Positions 18,965 through 29,232 of a DNA stretch of 64,000 bases are shown here, piece by piece. The notes beneath the pieces are model-generated. The model was not told the origin of the DNA and made no database searches. It worked only from the letters and a program-made list of their open reading frames with translations. Position 1 is the stretch's first letter, and each line of letters begins with the position of its first letter. Made by a program: the position numbers and the translations under genes. Origin of the DNA: an uncultured bacterium (lineage in GTDB: Bacteria > Verrucomicrobiota > Verrucomicrobiia > Limisphaerales > UBA8199); the NCBI GenBank assembly GCA_963749495.1, contig CAVVMW010000006.1:736001-800000 (forward strand). The letters run 5' to 3'.

Positions 18965-20125
18965 GTGGAAACCAACCACGCACAGCGAACGGCAGAGAAC
19001 ACCGAGAGCCAATCCGACTGGGTGAAAACCCCCGTCGCCAATCTGCTGCGTTACAAGTCATCAGGCACCTATTTCGCCCGAGTTCGGATTCGGGGCAAGC
19101 TTTTTCGACAATCCCTCAACACAGACGTGATGAGCGTCGCCAAACTGCGCCTGGGTGATTTCGTCAAAGAGAAGCGTGAGGAAATCGGAGATGATTCCAC
19201 CATCCAGTCCGGCAAGATGACCGTGGGTGATGCAGTGGCCATCTTCCGGCAACACCTCGACAGCCAGCAGAACATCAAGGAGGGTGCCAAGGTTTATCGG
19301 CGCAAGTGCCTGGAGGCCCTCGTGAAGTCCTGGCCTGATCTAGAAGCAAAGCCGGTCGGCAAGGTCAGCAGGAATGACTGCCTGGCTTGGGCCAGGCGCT
19401 TTGCTGAGAAATACAGCCCAAGCGTGTATAACAACACCGTAGGGACGCTCCGGATGATTCTCAACGTGGCAGTGGAGAATGGGGCCCGTGCGCAGAATCC
19501 GGCAGAGCGCATCACAAAAAAGCGTGTTAGCCAGCGTGAGCTTGTCCTCCCTTCGCCGGCGCAATTTGAGCTGTTCCTCGCAGCTATTGACACGGCTGGA
19601 GCATGGTGCAGCCGATATTGCGGTGACCTGGTTCGCTTCTTGGCCTTCGGCGGATTTCGTAAGACGGAAGCTGCGAGCATCACTTGGGGAGATTGTGATT
19701 TCGAAAGTGGCCGAATTCGTGTGCTGGTGACGAAGAATGGTAAACCCCGTTCGGTCCCGATGATTGAGGACATGAAGGCTTTGCTTGGACGCCTCAAAGC
19801 CATGCAGCCAGAAGCGCAACCGAGCAACCGGGTGATGCGAGTCCGGGAATGCCAGAAGGCCATGGACCGAGCGGCCAAGGTCATCGGTATGCAGCGGATT
19901 ACCCACCACGACCTCCGCCACCTGTTCGCTACCCGGTGCATCGAATCCGGCGTGGACATCCCCACCGTCTCCAGGTGGTTGGGGCACAAGGATGGCGGTG
20001 CTCTGGCCATGAAGGTCTATGGGCACCTCCGGGACCAGCATTCCGTGGAGATGGCGCAGAAGGTGACGTTCTCGAAGCCGCAGCCGGAGAATCTGGCACA
20101 GATGCCTGACCGGAAAGGGGGATGA
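18965..20125 (+). CDS. int: Tyrosine recombinase/integrase
   Basis: GFRKTE, TKNG, HDLRH, WLGH and KVYGH catalytic motifs; adjacent to a tRNA. Confidence 0.96.
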   Translation: METNHAQRTAENTESQSDWVKTPVANLLRYKSSGTYFARVRIRGKLFRQSLNTDVMSVAKLRLGDFVKEKREEIGDDSTIQSGKMTVGDAVAIFRQHLDSQQNIKEGAKVYRRKCLEALVKSWPDLEAKPVGKVSRNDCLAWARRFAEKYSPSVYNNTVGTLRMILNVAVENGARAQNPAERITKKRVSQRELVLPSPAQFELFLAAIDTAGAWCSRYCGDLVRFLAFGGFRKTEAASITWGDCDFESGRIRVLVTKNGKPRSVPMIEDMKALLGRLKAMQPEAQPSNRVMRVRECQKAMDRAAKVIGMQRITHHDLRHLFATRCIESGVDIPTVSRWLGHKDGGALAMKVYGHLRDQHSVEMAQKVTFSKPQPENLAQMPDRKGG

Positions 20126-20315
20126 CCGGCCGGCGAGTAAGCTTATTCCCGTGTTCTTCAACCACGAAGTCGTGGCGCGTCCTCTGAACCCAGAGACCCT
20201 ATGGAAGGGGTCCAGAATGTGCAGGGCGCTGGCCAACCGCCGCTTGACTGTTGCCAGGCAAGGCCGCGACATGTCCGAACAGACATGCCGGATGCCCGAG
20301 CAGCCTTCCTCTCGC

Positions 20316-21749
20316 TCATTGCACCATAACTGCCGTCAGACCCGTCGGAGGATCCGGTCTTCCTGCCGACAGATTCCCCGGAGGAGCCGGTCTTGCGGCC
20401 GACAAACCGGGAGAAGCTCGGGTTACCGCGGAGAAACGCGGAGAAGCTGGGGGCACCTCAGAAAAACCCCGAGAAGCTGGGGCTACCTTCGACAACCCCA
20501 TCGGAGGAGCCAGTCCAACTAAGAACAATCTCGGAGGAGAGGGCCTTTTTTTTGCCTCACCGATGTCGGGGTTAATCCGGTAAAATCCCAAGGCATCCCG
20601 ATAGTGAGAACCAGCGATGCGACCCACGGGCTTGCTGCCACCTGCGTCATGCGTGGAAAGCGGTATGGGTGCCGGGTGCGCCAGCCGAGTGAGCGCCTGG
20701 ATGCTGTGGGAAGAGGATGAGCGCAGCCAGCCACGCAACTCATGCACTGACGGGACAGAACTTCCGAGCAGATCGAGGTCCTCGGCCGTTTGTGCCCATA
20801 TCCTGCCAACCTCACGCGGGATCCAGGTGACATCTAACTCCCTCGCGCCTCCCTCCGTCGTACCAAAGGACACAACTCCTCCGATGGCTTCACGCGCTTT
20901 CGGCTCGCTGGTGGTGATGGTCGCATCCGTACCGATGGCCGGCGTGCTGGATCGCGTGGCAATGCCGCCCGCGGGCTCACTGCCATCAGAGGATTTCGGC
21001 GCGATCTCCCCACTCTCCTCCCTCGCGCGAGGCCAGATCCCTCCAATCACCTCATCCAACTTCGGCTCGACGGTCGCAATGATCGCAGAACCAGGCGACT
21101 CAGCTCCAATAATCCGTTCCGGTTGAGCTGTTGTCCAAGTAGGCTCGGTCTCTGGAATGTCGCTGTGCTGGATGATCAGTAAACCCAGCAGGATCGCGAG
21201 CCCGATCGGCACTGCGAACTTCGCAATCCCGTCGCCTGCCAGCAGATTTCGGACTTGCCTCCATAGCACCGGCGCCTTCTGCCGCAAACCGCAGGAGACA
21301 CAGATCTCGGCCAGTGCGCACAGTCCTCCAATGAAGCCAATTGCGCAACGGCCGACATTTCTCACCAACCGAACCCAGCCGGTCTCCCGTCCGTTCCTGA
21401 ACCCGTCGGATCCAAAGAAGGCGGCCATCCCCGTCAACACCGCCCCTATCATCAGAACGACGCGCACGGGCCACCAACCGGAACCGAACAGGAGCCTGAA
21501 GAGAACAGGCGGCCTGGAGCGCTCAACGAAAGAATCGGGGCGAAATAAATCCAAGGCGTACTGTCCAGCCGCCTCCGGGTCCAAGCCGTAGTTGTTCATG
21601 CCGTCCCGCCAAAACCTCCCCAGTTGCTTTTGGAACTCGGCGGATTTGCCGGTCCGCTCGGGCTCATCGAGGTCCGATTTTTCACAAGTATCGTCGGCCA
21701 CCTGTCGAAACCGCAGCCGGATATGCTCTGGAATATCCTCGTTTGCCAT
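20316..21749 (-). CDS. Membrane protein with Pro-rich repetitive C-terminus
   Basis: Three hydrophobic helices; 30-33 bp coding repeats at 20333-20515; directly follows the PadR-like gene. Confidence 0.55.
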   Translation of the reverse strand: MANEDIPEHIRLRFRQVADDTCEKSDLDEPERTGKSAEFQKQLGRFWRDGMNNYGLDPEAAGQYALDLFRPDSFVERSRPPVLFRLLFGSGWWPVRVVLMIGAVLTGMAAFFGSDGFRNGRETGWVRLVRNVGRCAIGFIGGLCALAEICVSCGLRQKAPVLWRQVRNLLAGDGIAKFAVPIGLAILLGLLIIQHSDIPETEPTWTTAQPERIIGAESPGSAIIATVEPKLDEVIGGIWPRAREESGEIAPKSSDGSEPAGGIATRSSTPAIGTDATITTSEPKAREAIGGVVSFGTTEGGARELDVTWIPREVGRIWAQTAEDLDLLGSSVPSVHELRGWLRSSSSHSIQALTRLAHPAPIPLSTHDAGGSKPVGRIAGSHYRDALGFYRINPDIGEAKKRPSPPRLFLVGLAPPMGLSKVAPASRGFSEVPPASPRFSAVTRASPGLSAARPAPPGNLSAGRPDPPTGLTAVMVQ

Positions 21750-21751
21750 TG

Positions 21752-22240
21752 TTACTCCGTGGCTGGTGATGGGCGCAGTTTCCGGCCACGCAAGGTTGCC
21801 GCATCGTCTGAGTTGTCAGCGAGCAACGAAACCTGGGCACTCCCTTGGTCTGTGATTGCATATTCCGCGATCTTGGGTTCAGTTGGTTTCTCCTCTGAAC
21901 TCACCAGTCCCGCATCCTTTAGCTGCGACAGAAGGGCATAAATGGCGCTAAAACCGGCGTTCTTTGGAGCATACCCGTGCTTTATCAGCGCCGCGACAAT
22001 CTGCGCTCCATCCATTGGTGCCTGTCGCGTCAGGAGCTTCAAAATCTCCGTCTTCATCGCGCTGTCCGTTAACTTGCGCACAGCTGGCCGATCTATGCTG
22101 AGTCGCCGGTCCAACTCTTCGCATTGGTCTTGCGATAGCGCGTCTGTGCGAAGGTGTGGGGCGATGCGCGCCGCAACTCTTACCACCCATGCGTGAAAGT
22201 CCTCATCGGACATATTATTATTCATAATCATCCTTGTCAT
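21752..22240 (-). CDS. PadR-like winged-helix regulator
   Basis: ILKLL....MDG..I...SAIYALLSQLKDAGLV...YAITDQG. Confidence 0.75.
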   Translation of the reverse strand: MTRMIMNNNMSDEDFHAWVVRVAARIAPHLRTDALSQDQCEELDRRLSIDRPAVRKLTDSAMKTEILKLLTRQAPMDGAQIVAALIKHGYAPKNAGFSAIYALLSQLKDAGLVSSEEKPTEPKIAEYAITDQGSAQVSLLADNSDDAATLRGRKLRPSPATE

Positions 22241-22793
22241 TGCGAAGCCTCAAAATGATGCGCTTCAGTTCCGTGAGTGCGCGCCTCTCTTCGTAAGTCA
22301 TGCTACCGAGGGGAATGCCCAGTTCGCTGCCAACAACTTCCTGGGTCTTATGTTCGAGATAACGGGCTTTGATAAGAGCGTGTTGTTGGGGATCCATCTG
22401 GCGAAGCGCCTCATCCAGCAACTCGTCTTCGGTCATTCCTTCGGGGTCAGCGGGGGGATCGTGGACCACCAACGCTGGCGGCATGGCGTCGGACCGAATC
22501 TCTTCCAGGGGGACCGGTGCCTTTTGTTGCTGGGCCATGAGGTTCAGGTAATTGTTTTTGGCGATTGTTCTGAGATAGCCCCGGAATTTCGCAGCCTTGG
22601 AGGGCTTGTCACGTTTTTCCCACATTTTGGAAATCGCTTCCCGGGCCGCCACCTTCACAACGGACTCGGTCGGATTGTGGGCGATGCTGTATATGGCGAT
22701 CGTGGCCACTCGGCCCATCTCCTGGTAACAAGCACTCCAGGCTTCTGGCGATCCCTTTCTCAGGGCTTCGAAGTGGCTGTCGATTTCGTCCAC
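22218..22793 (-). CDS. ECF sigma-70 factor
   Basis: FRGYLRTIAKNNYLN (region 2) and ALRQM...RYLEHKTQEVVGSELGIPLGS (region 4); GTG start at 22793. Confidence 0.8.
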   Translation of the reverse strand: MDEIDSHFEALRKGSPEAWSACYQEMGRVATIAIYSIAHNPTESVVKVAAREAISKMWEKRDKPSKAAKFRGYLRTIAKNNYLNLMAQQQKAPVPLEEIRSDAMPPALVVHDPPADPEGMTEDELLDEALRQMDPQQHALIKARYLEHKTQEVVGSELGIPLGSMTYEERRALTELKRIILRLRNDKDDYE

Positions 22794-23012
22794 GCGCCAT
22801 TTGTAGCCCAATAACCCAACGCCGACAACCTGGGAGGGCGAAATATTTCCAAAAAAAGAGTTAAGAAAGCGGTGGGGTCTGCGGTTAAGGATCATACCCG
22901 ATCCACGCCGCCCTGCTGGCCGCACATGAGCTGATGCAAGAATTGGCGACTGCAATTCAAAAAGTTTTAAGAAATTCAGGGAGGTCGGCGTTAAGAGGGG
23001 TGAAAGGGAACT

Positions 23013-23192
23013 ATGAGAGTACCTAAAAACACCCCAGAGCGCCTTGCCTACTCGGCCCGGGAGGTCGCGTCCATGTTGAATATCAGCACCAAATCCGTCT
23101 ACCGGCTCTGCCAGCGGGGCCTGTTGCGGCGGTCCAATGCATTGCGGACTTTGCTTATCACCCGGTCGTCGGTCGAGGAGTTTCTCAAATGA
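23013..23192 (+). CDS. Excisionase-like HTH protein (59 aa, not in ORF track)
   Basis: MRVPKNTPERLAYSAREVASMLNISTKSVYRLCQRGLL...ITRSSVEEFLK. Confidence 0.85.
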   Translation: MRVPKNTPERLAYSAREVASMLNISTKSVYRLCQRGLLRRSNALRTLLITRSSVEEFLK

Positions 23193-23547
23193 CAGTGATT
23201 CAACCAGGACGCGCACGCTATGACAATGACTAATAAGAGCGTACATGGCGCGCTCGGCATCCTGCTCAGCCTCGCCCTCGCCGCTGCCGCCGCCTCGCTT
23301 TGGACCCGGACCCTGGCTGCCTCCCGGTCTGCCACTTCATTCTCAGCCGCGCGGGTCTGTTCGATGCAGTCGGCGCAACCCGGCAGAGGGCGGCCATTCA
23401 AAGCCGGGGACCTCAACGAGCTAAACACGAATTTCGGGGGCGGCCTAGCCGACACGCACCGCCAGGGGACACACAACGAGCCGGCCGGTCAACCACGCGG
23501 CGCCGGGCGAGAAGCGAAGGCCGCGCGAACACAAACATAGGGTACTC

Positions 23548-23976
23548 ATGATCATTAAATCCACAACAAAGGCGACCGACCTTGTGCCAGAGGGGGAGCA
23601 CGACAGTGAACTCACACTGCCTGTGTACCGGGGCGAGGGCAAGAAAATCATTCTCCCCTTCGCCGTCATGCACAACGGCAAGCAGGTGAGTGTGCCGAAG
23701 GAAGATCTCGCCTCATTCGACACTGGACCGCTTCGAAAGGACCTGGAATTGCTCCAGGGCCGGGAGTTCACCACGAAAGAGATCGAGGAGGGCGTCGATC
23801 CGGCGAAGTTCGTGGGCAGGAAGTGCCGCGTGCTGGTCGTCCACAAGCGCACCTCCGGTCGTAAGATGATCGCCGTGGTTTCCGCGCTCCTGCCGCTGGC
23901 GGTGAGCCCGGCCAAGCCAGTTCCCGCAGCGCCGCCGGCCACCAGTTCGCAGGCGGAGCCGCCGGCGACCGTCTAG
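23548..23976 (+). CDS. Putative phage-type ssDNA-binding (OB-fold-like) protein
   Basis: VPEGEH...LRKDLELLQGREFT..E...VD...FVGRKC.V.V.H; paralogue of 34405..34842. Confidence 0.5.
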   Translation: MIIKSTTKATDLVPEGEHDSELTLPVYRGEGKKIILPFAVMHNGKQVSVPKEDLASFDTGPLRKDLELLQGREFTTKEIEEGVDPAKFVGRKCRVLVVHKRTSGRKMIAVVSALLPLAVSPAKPVPAAPPATSSQAEPPATV

Positions 23977-24067
23977 CTGCAACCTTCACCTCGGGCCCCG
24001 CCTGAGCGAGGCCCGGCTCCTTCAACTCCAGTTCAACAATAAGGAATCGTCAATTGAGCGCCCCGCC

Positions 24068-24107
24068 GTGGCAGTGCAACAAAGACCGGCGCCAGCATAA
24101 AAACCAA
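24068..24107 (+). repeat. Leader repeat A, copy 1 (copy 2 at 25319-25358)
   Basis: GTGGCAGTGCA(A/G)CAAAGACCGG(C/G)GCCAGCATAAAAACCAA, 38/40 identical. Confidence 0.9.
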
Positions 24108-24154
24108 CAGGCATAACCGACACTGACCGAAATGAATAACCCCGGGCGCGATAT

Positions 24155-25222
24155 ATGAAAAGGAAGGCTGCAAAGCATCCCGTCACACACAGAGAGAAGG
24201 CGTCGCCCACTTCCGGCGCCAACGCCGGCATCGTCAACACCAACCCTTCAGTGAGCGCAGGCGAAGCCAAGCCCACTCGGAAAGCCGAAGGCGAGACTGT
24301 CACCGCTAAGCCGGCCTCGACCGCCGGCGAGTCAGCAGCGGTCCAGGGGAGCACGGGTAAAGAAGCCGCGCCATCGACCCAGTTAACCAACCACCAGCAG
24401 TGCTCAGTTGGCCAAGACCCACCTGAACCTGCGCTGAGCCTCGTCATCACCGACACTGACATTGTCGTGGCGGATGACGCCCATTCAGCAGAACCCAGCC
24501 CTGAACCCCTAACCGCTCAGGAACGGTTGGATCTGCGCCGCTGCGAAATTGTGATTGAGGAGAACATGAACGCCTGGCAGGCAATGGCGGGGGCCCTGTC
24601 CGAGGTGAAGGCTAGACGGCTGTACCGCGAGGACCACAAGTCATTCAAGGAATATCTCGCCAAGCGGTGGAACATCAGCCGTTCGCACGCCTATCGGCTC
24701 GTCAATGCCCACAAGACAAGCGAGAAACTGTCTCCCACGGGAGACACCGCCATTCCTGCAACAAACGAACGCCAGCTTCGTGAACTCGTCAAGGTCCCCG
24801 AAGACAAGCGGGCCGACGTGCTCAAGGAAGCCCAAAAGAAAGCCGGTAAGGGCAGGTTGACAAACCGCCACATCAGGCAAGCGGCTCAGGAGCTGAGTAG
24901 GGAAAACAGCCCCCAAAACGGGACGTCGGTGCCCTCCACTGCGGAGACGCCTAAACGTATCGCGGCCAACATAATCAGACCCGCCGAGGTCTTCCGCGAT
25001 GCAAAGATCCTCCCCTTGGGCGAGTTGAGCAAGCTGGCAGAGGCCGTTCATGCCATTTTCCTTGATCCATCGCGGCACGAGGAAGCGAAGGCGTTGCTGT
25101 TCAAGCTGAAGGAAAACCTCCGGCTCTACGCCGAATTGGAAGCGAAGCATCCTGGCGAGGTGCCGTTGACGCCGCGTGCAGTCGCGCAGCCATCGCCGGG
25201 CCAACCGTCACCAACCGATTAA
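24155..25222 (+). CDS. Mobile-element helical/HTH protein (DUF3102-like motif)
   Basis: ALSEVKARRLYREDHKSFKEYLAKRWNISRSHAYRL...NERQLREL. Confidence 0.65.
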   Translation: MKRKAAKHPVTHREKASPTSGANAGIVNTNPSVSAGEAKPTRKAEGETVTAKPASTAGESAAVQGSTGKEAAPSTQLTNHQQCSVGQDPPEPALSLVITDTDIVVADDAHSAEPSPEPLTAQERLDLRRCEIVIEENMNAWQAMAGALSEVKARRLYREDHKSFKEYLAKRWNISRSHAYRLVNAHKTSEKLSPTGDTAIPATNERQLRELVKVPEDKRADVLKEAQKKAGKGRLTNRHIRQAAQELSRENSPQNGTSVPSTAETPKRIAANIIRPAEVFRDAKILPLGELSKLAEAVHAIFLDPSRHEEAKALLFKLKENLRLYAELEAKHPGEVPLTPRAVAQPSPGQPSPTD

Positions 25223-25363
25223 GCGCACTCGCAGGCTGGGGGGTCGCTAAGGTCGGCGCCCTGGCCTCTCACAGACGAACTCAATTAAGACGCACGCCAC
25301 AGCAAAAGCCGGCCCCCTGTGGCAGTGCAGCAAAGACCGGGGCCAGCATAAAAACCAAGAAAC

Positions 25364-25732
25364 ATGAACAACATAGACGACAACGAAAAGGCGGTGGCTC
25401 GGCTTCGGGCCTCCAAGGCACAGGCCCTTAAGGAGCTTCGCCAGCAGGGTAAGGATGCAGGGATCCACTTTGCCTTGAACGACGCTGAGTACCTGGACCT
25501 GGAACGGCTGGACCGGTGGCGGGATGAATGTGGCAGCAATTTCCCCCTGGTCCTCTCGCACACCAGCTTCAAGGAGATCGCGGCGCTGATGGCAAACGAG
25601 CCTGAACCAGAAGACGATCATGCAGATTGGGCCCGTGAAAGGTGGGGGGACGACATCAATCAACAGGAGTGGGTTGAAGCCTTCGTGTCCGCTGCACTGG
25701 CCAAGTACCAGGAACTGAAAGGGAAGCTCTGA
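25364..25732 (+). CDS. Hypothetical protein
   Basis: 122 aa ORF directly after leader repeat A copy 2. Confidence 0.7.
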   Translation: MNNIDDNEKAVARLRASKAQALKELRQQGKDAGIHFALNDAEYLDLERLDRWRDECGSNFPLVLSHTSFKEIAALMANEPEPEDDHADWARERWGDDINQQEWVEAFVSAALAKYQELKGKL

Positions 25733-25891
25733 AGTTCGCGTTGCCGCATTCAACGACATCAGCGGCGCCATTCTGCCCTTAAACACCCAGAGAAGACACG
25801 ATTTCAAAACAAGCGCCTATCACACCGGCAATAAGAAGCCGCTCGGCCGGATCAAACGGGCGGCGACACAACGAATACTGCACGCCACAAT

Positions 25892-26767
25892 ATGAAACAC
25901 AAACGACAACACCACAAACACCCGGGCCACGTAACACCAGCTCCAACACCAGACACTCAAGCCCAGCAGATAGAAGCAGTCCAAAGCTCCAGTGCCGCCG
26001 GGAACGCCGAACAGCAAGACCTCGCATATAATCTGTATAAGGCGTCCTGCTTGTTCCGACAGGCATACAACAGCTTCATCCTCGCTCTGCTGTGCGGCGC
26101 TGAATGGAATACTCCTGAGGAGCTAGCGGCTCGCGGTTGGACATTGGTCGATACGGGATTCACCGTAACCCCACCAGGTTCGACAGGCGCTCCGGCCATT
26201 GCAATCCAACAAGTCCACGTGGAGAAGGGCAGAGGAACCGCCCTATTCTACCTGCGGCCACCTCACGGAAAGGGAATCCTCGTACCTGTTGAGGGAGACA
26301 TTTATTCAGAGGGCACCCTCTACTACATGAATACGGCGGAAAAGATTGCGTTCACTCTTTTGCAGCAACAGGGTGGAGACCAAGCCCCGGCCGTGACCAA
26401 TGGGGCGGAGGAACTGAACTCATTTCTGGACTTCTGCAAAGCGTGCTTGGTTAGCCACCGCACCCTCTGCCCGGGGTGTCTGGTCAAGATCAGATGGGGG
26501 AAGAACAAGGCCTTCGGGACTGACCGATTTCGGGTGCGCGACCTGTTCTCGTTGGAAACGGACCAGCCAGTCCCGCTTTGTCTGCTGTTCCGGGTTCACG
26601 ACGACCATGGCGTTCTGCTGAACTGCGACTTTGAGACTGTGCAGGGACAATATACAGCCGCCGCCGAGAAAGCGGCGCCGGGCACCGATCTGTTCGAAAG
26701 CGATTGGATCGATGGCCTCTTCAAGGAAACCCACAATGCTCACATCTACAGAGGCCCGCGACCATAA
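25892..26767 (+). CDS. Hypothetical protein
   Basis: 291 aa co-oriented ORF. Confidence 0.65.
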   Translation: MKHKRQHHKHPGHVTPAPTPDTQAQQIEAVQSSSAAGNAEQQDLAYNLYKASCLFRQAYNSFILALLCGAEWNTPEELAARGWTLVDTGFTVTPPGSTGAPAIAIQQVHVEKGRGTALFYLRPPHGKGILVPVEGDIYSEGTLYYMNTAEKIAFTLLQQQGGDQAPAVTNGAEELNSFLDFCKACLVSHRTLCPGCLVKIRWGKNKAFGTDRFRVRDLFSLETDQPVPLCLLFRVHDDHGVLLNCDFETVQGQYTAAAEKAAPGTDLFESDWIDGLFKETHNAHIYRGPRP

Positions 26768-26827
26768 ACTGGCTCGCGCAGGCCATGCACGGAAGATCAC
26801 AACGAAACAATCAACAACACCCATCAA

Positions 26828-27763
26828 ATGAATCAACCAAATCAATCTAATCAAGCCGGTCCGGACGCAGTCCCAGTTCACATTGAACAGTTGCGCGCCG
26901 CATTGCTAGTCGACCTGAACTCCGGAAGTACGGACGAGCAGCTCGACAGGCTTTTCGGCGTTCAACCTGAGTTGGGGGAACGTCTCCGCCATGATGGAAG
27001 AGACGATAGCACCGATGTCTGCAACCAATACCTGGTTGCCCATTACCGCCGGATGCAGCGCGTTCCAATCGCGCCTCCTATCGCCACGGACGTTATGCTG
27101 TTCGTTCACGAGCAATGGGTCGAAGCGGAATTGCAACAAGAATCACCTCGGCTTTCGGTTTTGCTCAAATATTGTCAGATGAGCTGTGGCGCCCCAGCCG
27201 CTGAGTACGAAGGGTTTCTGCACCGGGCGCGCAGTCACCCCAGCATCGTCAAGTTCTTTGCGGCAACGGCCTGCCTGTCTGAGATGCGGTCCTATTCCGG
27301 GCCATACTTTCAGGTTCCTCCCCTGGTGGAATTAACGGTGGACAGCGAGTGGATCGTGGAGTTCGCGCCACTGAGGGAGATGCTCTTAGGCTTTGGGGGC
27401 AAATTCTTTCCACCGGTGGTCCAGATGGCTCAACTTATCCCGCCGATACTCCTGAGGCAGATGTCGGCGATGGGGCGGCGTTTTCCGGGGTCGGACGCTA
27501 CGTTCGTTCCCACCAACGAGGGTATTTGCCAGGGCGATCCGTATGCTCTTGCGAAGCGAGATGATCTTGAAGTGTGGACCGGATTCGCGTTGGGCGTGGA
27601 CATGTGGGAGCCCCATTCGTGGATCGTGCGCAATAATCACATCCTCGACATGGACAGGTCAAGGATGTTCTACTTTGGCTTCAGGGTTAACCCTCAACTC
27701 GGGCTTTTCGCGCCACGGTTGCTACACGCCCACACCGTGACTCCTCCGTGCTCGCCGTGTTAA
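26828..27763 (+). CDS. Hypothetical protein with C-terminal Cys-His-Asp (papain/transglutaminase-like) motif
   Basis: GICQ...WTGFALG.D.W..HSWIV....ILD....YFG. Confidence 0.6.
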   Translation: MNQPNQSNQAGPDAVPVHIEQLRAALLVDLNSGSTDEQLDRLFGVQPELGERLRHDGRDDSTDVCNQYLVAHYRRMQRVPIAPPIATDVMLFVHEQWVEAELQQESPRLSVLLKYCQMSCGAPAAEYEGFLHRARSHPSIVKFFAATACLSEMRSYSGPYFQVPPLVELTVDSEWIVEFAPLREMLLGFGGKFFPPVVQMAQLIPPILLRQMSAMGRRFPGSDATFVPTNEGICQGDPYALAKRDDLEVWTGFALGVDMWEPHSWIVRNNHILDMDRSRMFYFGFRVNPQLGLFAPRLLHAHTVTPPCSPC

Positions 27764-27855
27764 CGTCCAACACCGAATCATCCAACGAAACAGAACCGGC
27801 AATAGCACAGCATCTGCCCAGTGCAACGGACAAGACCACAACCAATGAACGATCT

Positions 27856-28276
27856 ATGACTACAGACGACATTATGAGCACCGGCCCTGCCGACGAGCCC
27901 GGCAAACAATCGTCGGCCAATCAAGCGGCGCCGGGCAACGACAAGGTCTTGCTGCTGGCGGTGGGCATGGTTGGCGGAAAACTCGTGATCACGCCCCTCG
28001 ACCTTGAGTTCGAAACCGACGATCAAAGCCCATTGTCAAAAACGGAGCAGACTCTGTTCAAGAGGAGCCAGGCCACGTTCGACCAACATCGACATGGGTT
28101 CGAGCAAGCCCTCCAGGCGCTGCATTCCATGTTCGCCGGGAGGCTTTACCGCGAGAAGTTCTCTGGCTTTGGACAGGTACTGTTTTGCGCTCCACGGCAT
28201 GTCCATCCCGGAGAAGAAGTTGACGGAGCTGAAGACCAAGGCGAGCAAGATTGGGTTAACGGGAGGCCGCAAATGA
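27856..28276 (+). CDS. Short paralogue of 24155/33435 (frameshift near 28170)
   Basis: GFEQALQAL..MFAGRLYREKF, then DRYC in the shifted frame. Confidence 0.5.
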
Positions 28277-28329
28277 CGCACATGGTGACCTGCAGCAACG
28301 CCATTTTATACCGCCAAAACCACTCGAAC

Positions 28330-29142
28330 ATGAACATCACAATTGCACACGAGGGAAGGCAGAAAAGCTTCGCGTTAAACCCCCAGATCATCAACCGCCG
28401 CACAAAAGTCCGACCTGATGGAGCGACGGAGCACTCGATAACGCTACAGGATGTCAGCCATTGCGTGGTGGCCTTCTGCCGATCCAGGCCAGGGAGCATG
28501 CGCTTGGCAAGGAGCATTCGTCTGGGTATGCGGCCCGAACTGCGGGTCGCGGACACGTGTTTAGGTTTGGCTGTCCTGGTTCACCCCATGGGTTGGCCGC
28601 AAGCAACGCCACCGGAATATTACTTGGCAAAGGCAGACGGGCAGGTTGTGCGAGCGGCCGGAGTTTACGTACCTACCAAGGCAGCCGAGGTCTTCCCCGC
28701 GACTCCAATCAAGGCGTTCAGCATCGTGCCCAGGCTTCCAGACGTTCCTTACGAGTCCGTCCGATACCAGGATGTGCGCCAAGCGTGGATGAAGGACGAG
28801 AGGGTTGGTCTGGGCTTTGAGTGCGACAATCTGGAAAGGGGACTGTGCAGGATCGCCATCGTGACAGCATCCAAACAAACAGCCTTTGACCTTGCTAGCG
28901 ATTTACGGCGTCAACGAGTTCGAACCTTACGCGTCAATAAAACGGTCCCGGCCATCTTTCAGGAACTTCAGCCGTCGCCCCGGGAAAGCAGATTGCTCGT
29001 GGACGGTTTGACTAATCTCCGGCAGAAACAACAACGGGCGCTGGAGCAGATTGGTCTCACACTTCTGCCGAACGGTTGCTATCTGACGAGCATCTTGCGA
29101 TGGGAACACGCCAGGATACTCGCCTCGGTGGGTTTGTTCTAG
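28330..29142 (+). CDS. Hypothetical protein
   Basis: C-terminal part of ORF 27748..29142 with its own ATG. Confidence 0.55.
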   Translation: MNITIAHEGRQKSFALNPQIINRRTKVRPDGATEHSITLQDVSHCVVAFCRSRPGSMRLARSIRLGMRPELRVADTCLGLAVLVHPMGWPQATPPEYYLAKADGQVVRAAGVYVPTKAAEVFPATPIKAFSIVPRLPDVPYESVRYQDVRQAWMKDERVGLGFECDNLERGLCRIAIVTASKQTAFDLASDLRRQRVRTLRVNKTVPAIFQELQPSPRESRLLVDGLTNLRQKQQRALEQIGLTLLPNGCYLTSILRWEHARILASVGLF

Positions 29143-29232
29143 GGAATGCTCGCGAGGCGCACGGCCCGATGCGCCCCGGGGGCCAGCAAACAATTCGGGC
29201 ATCCACATACTACATATCAAACAAGCAAAACG

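Noticed and set aside
20333..20515. 30-33 bp tandem repeats after int as att or iteron sites
   Set aside because: The periods are multiples of 3 and encode the Pro-rich tail of ORF 20316..21749.
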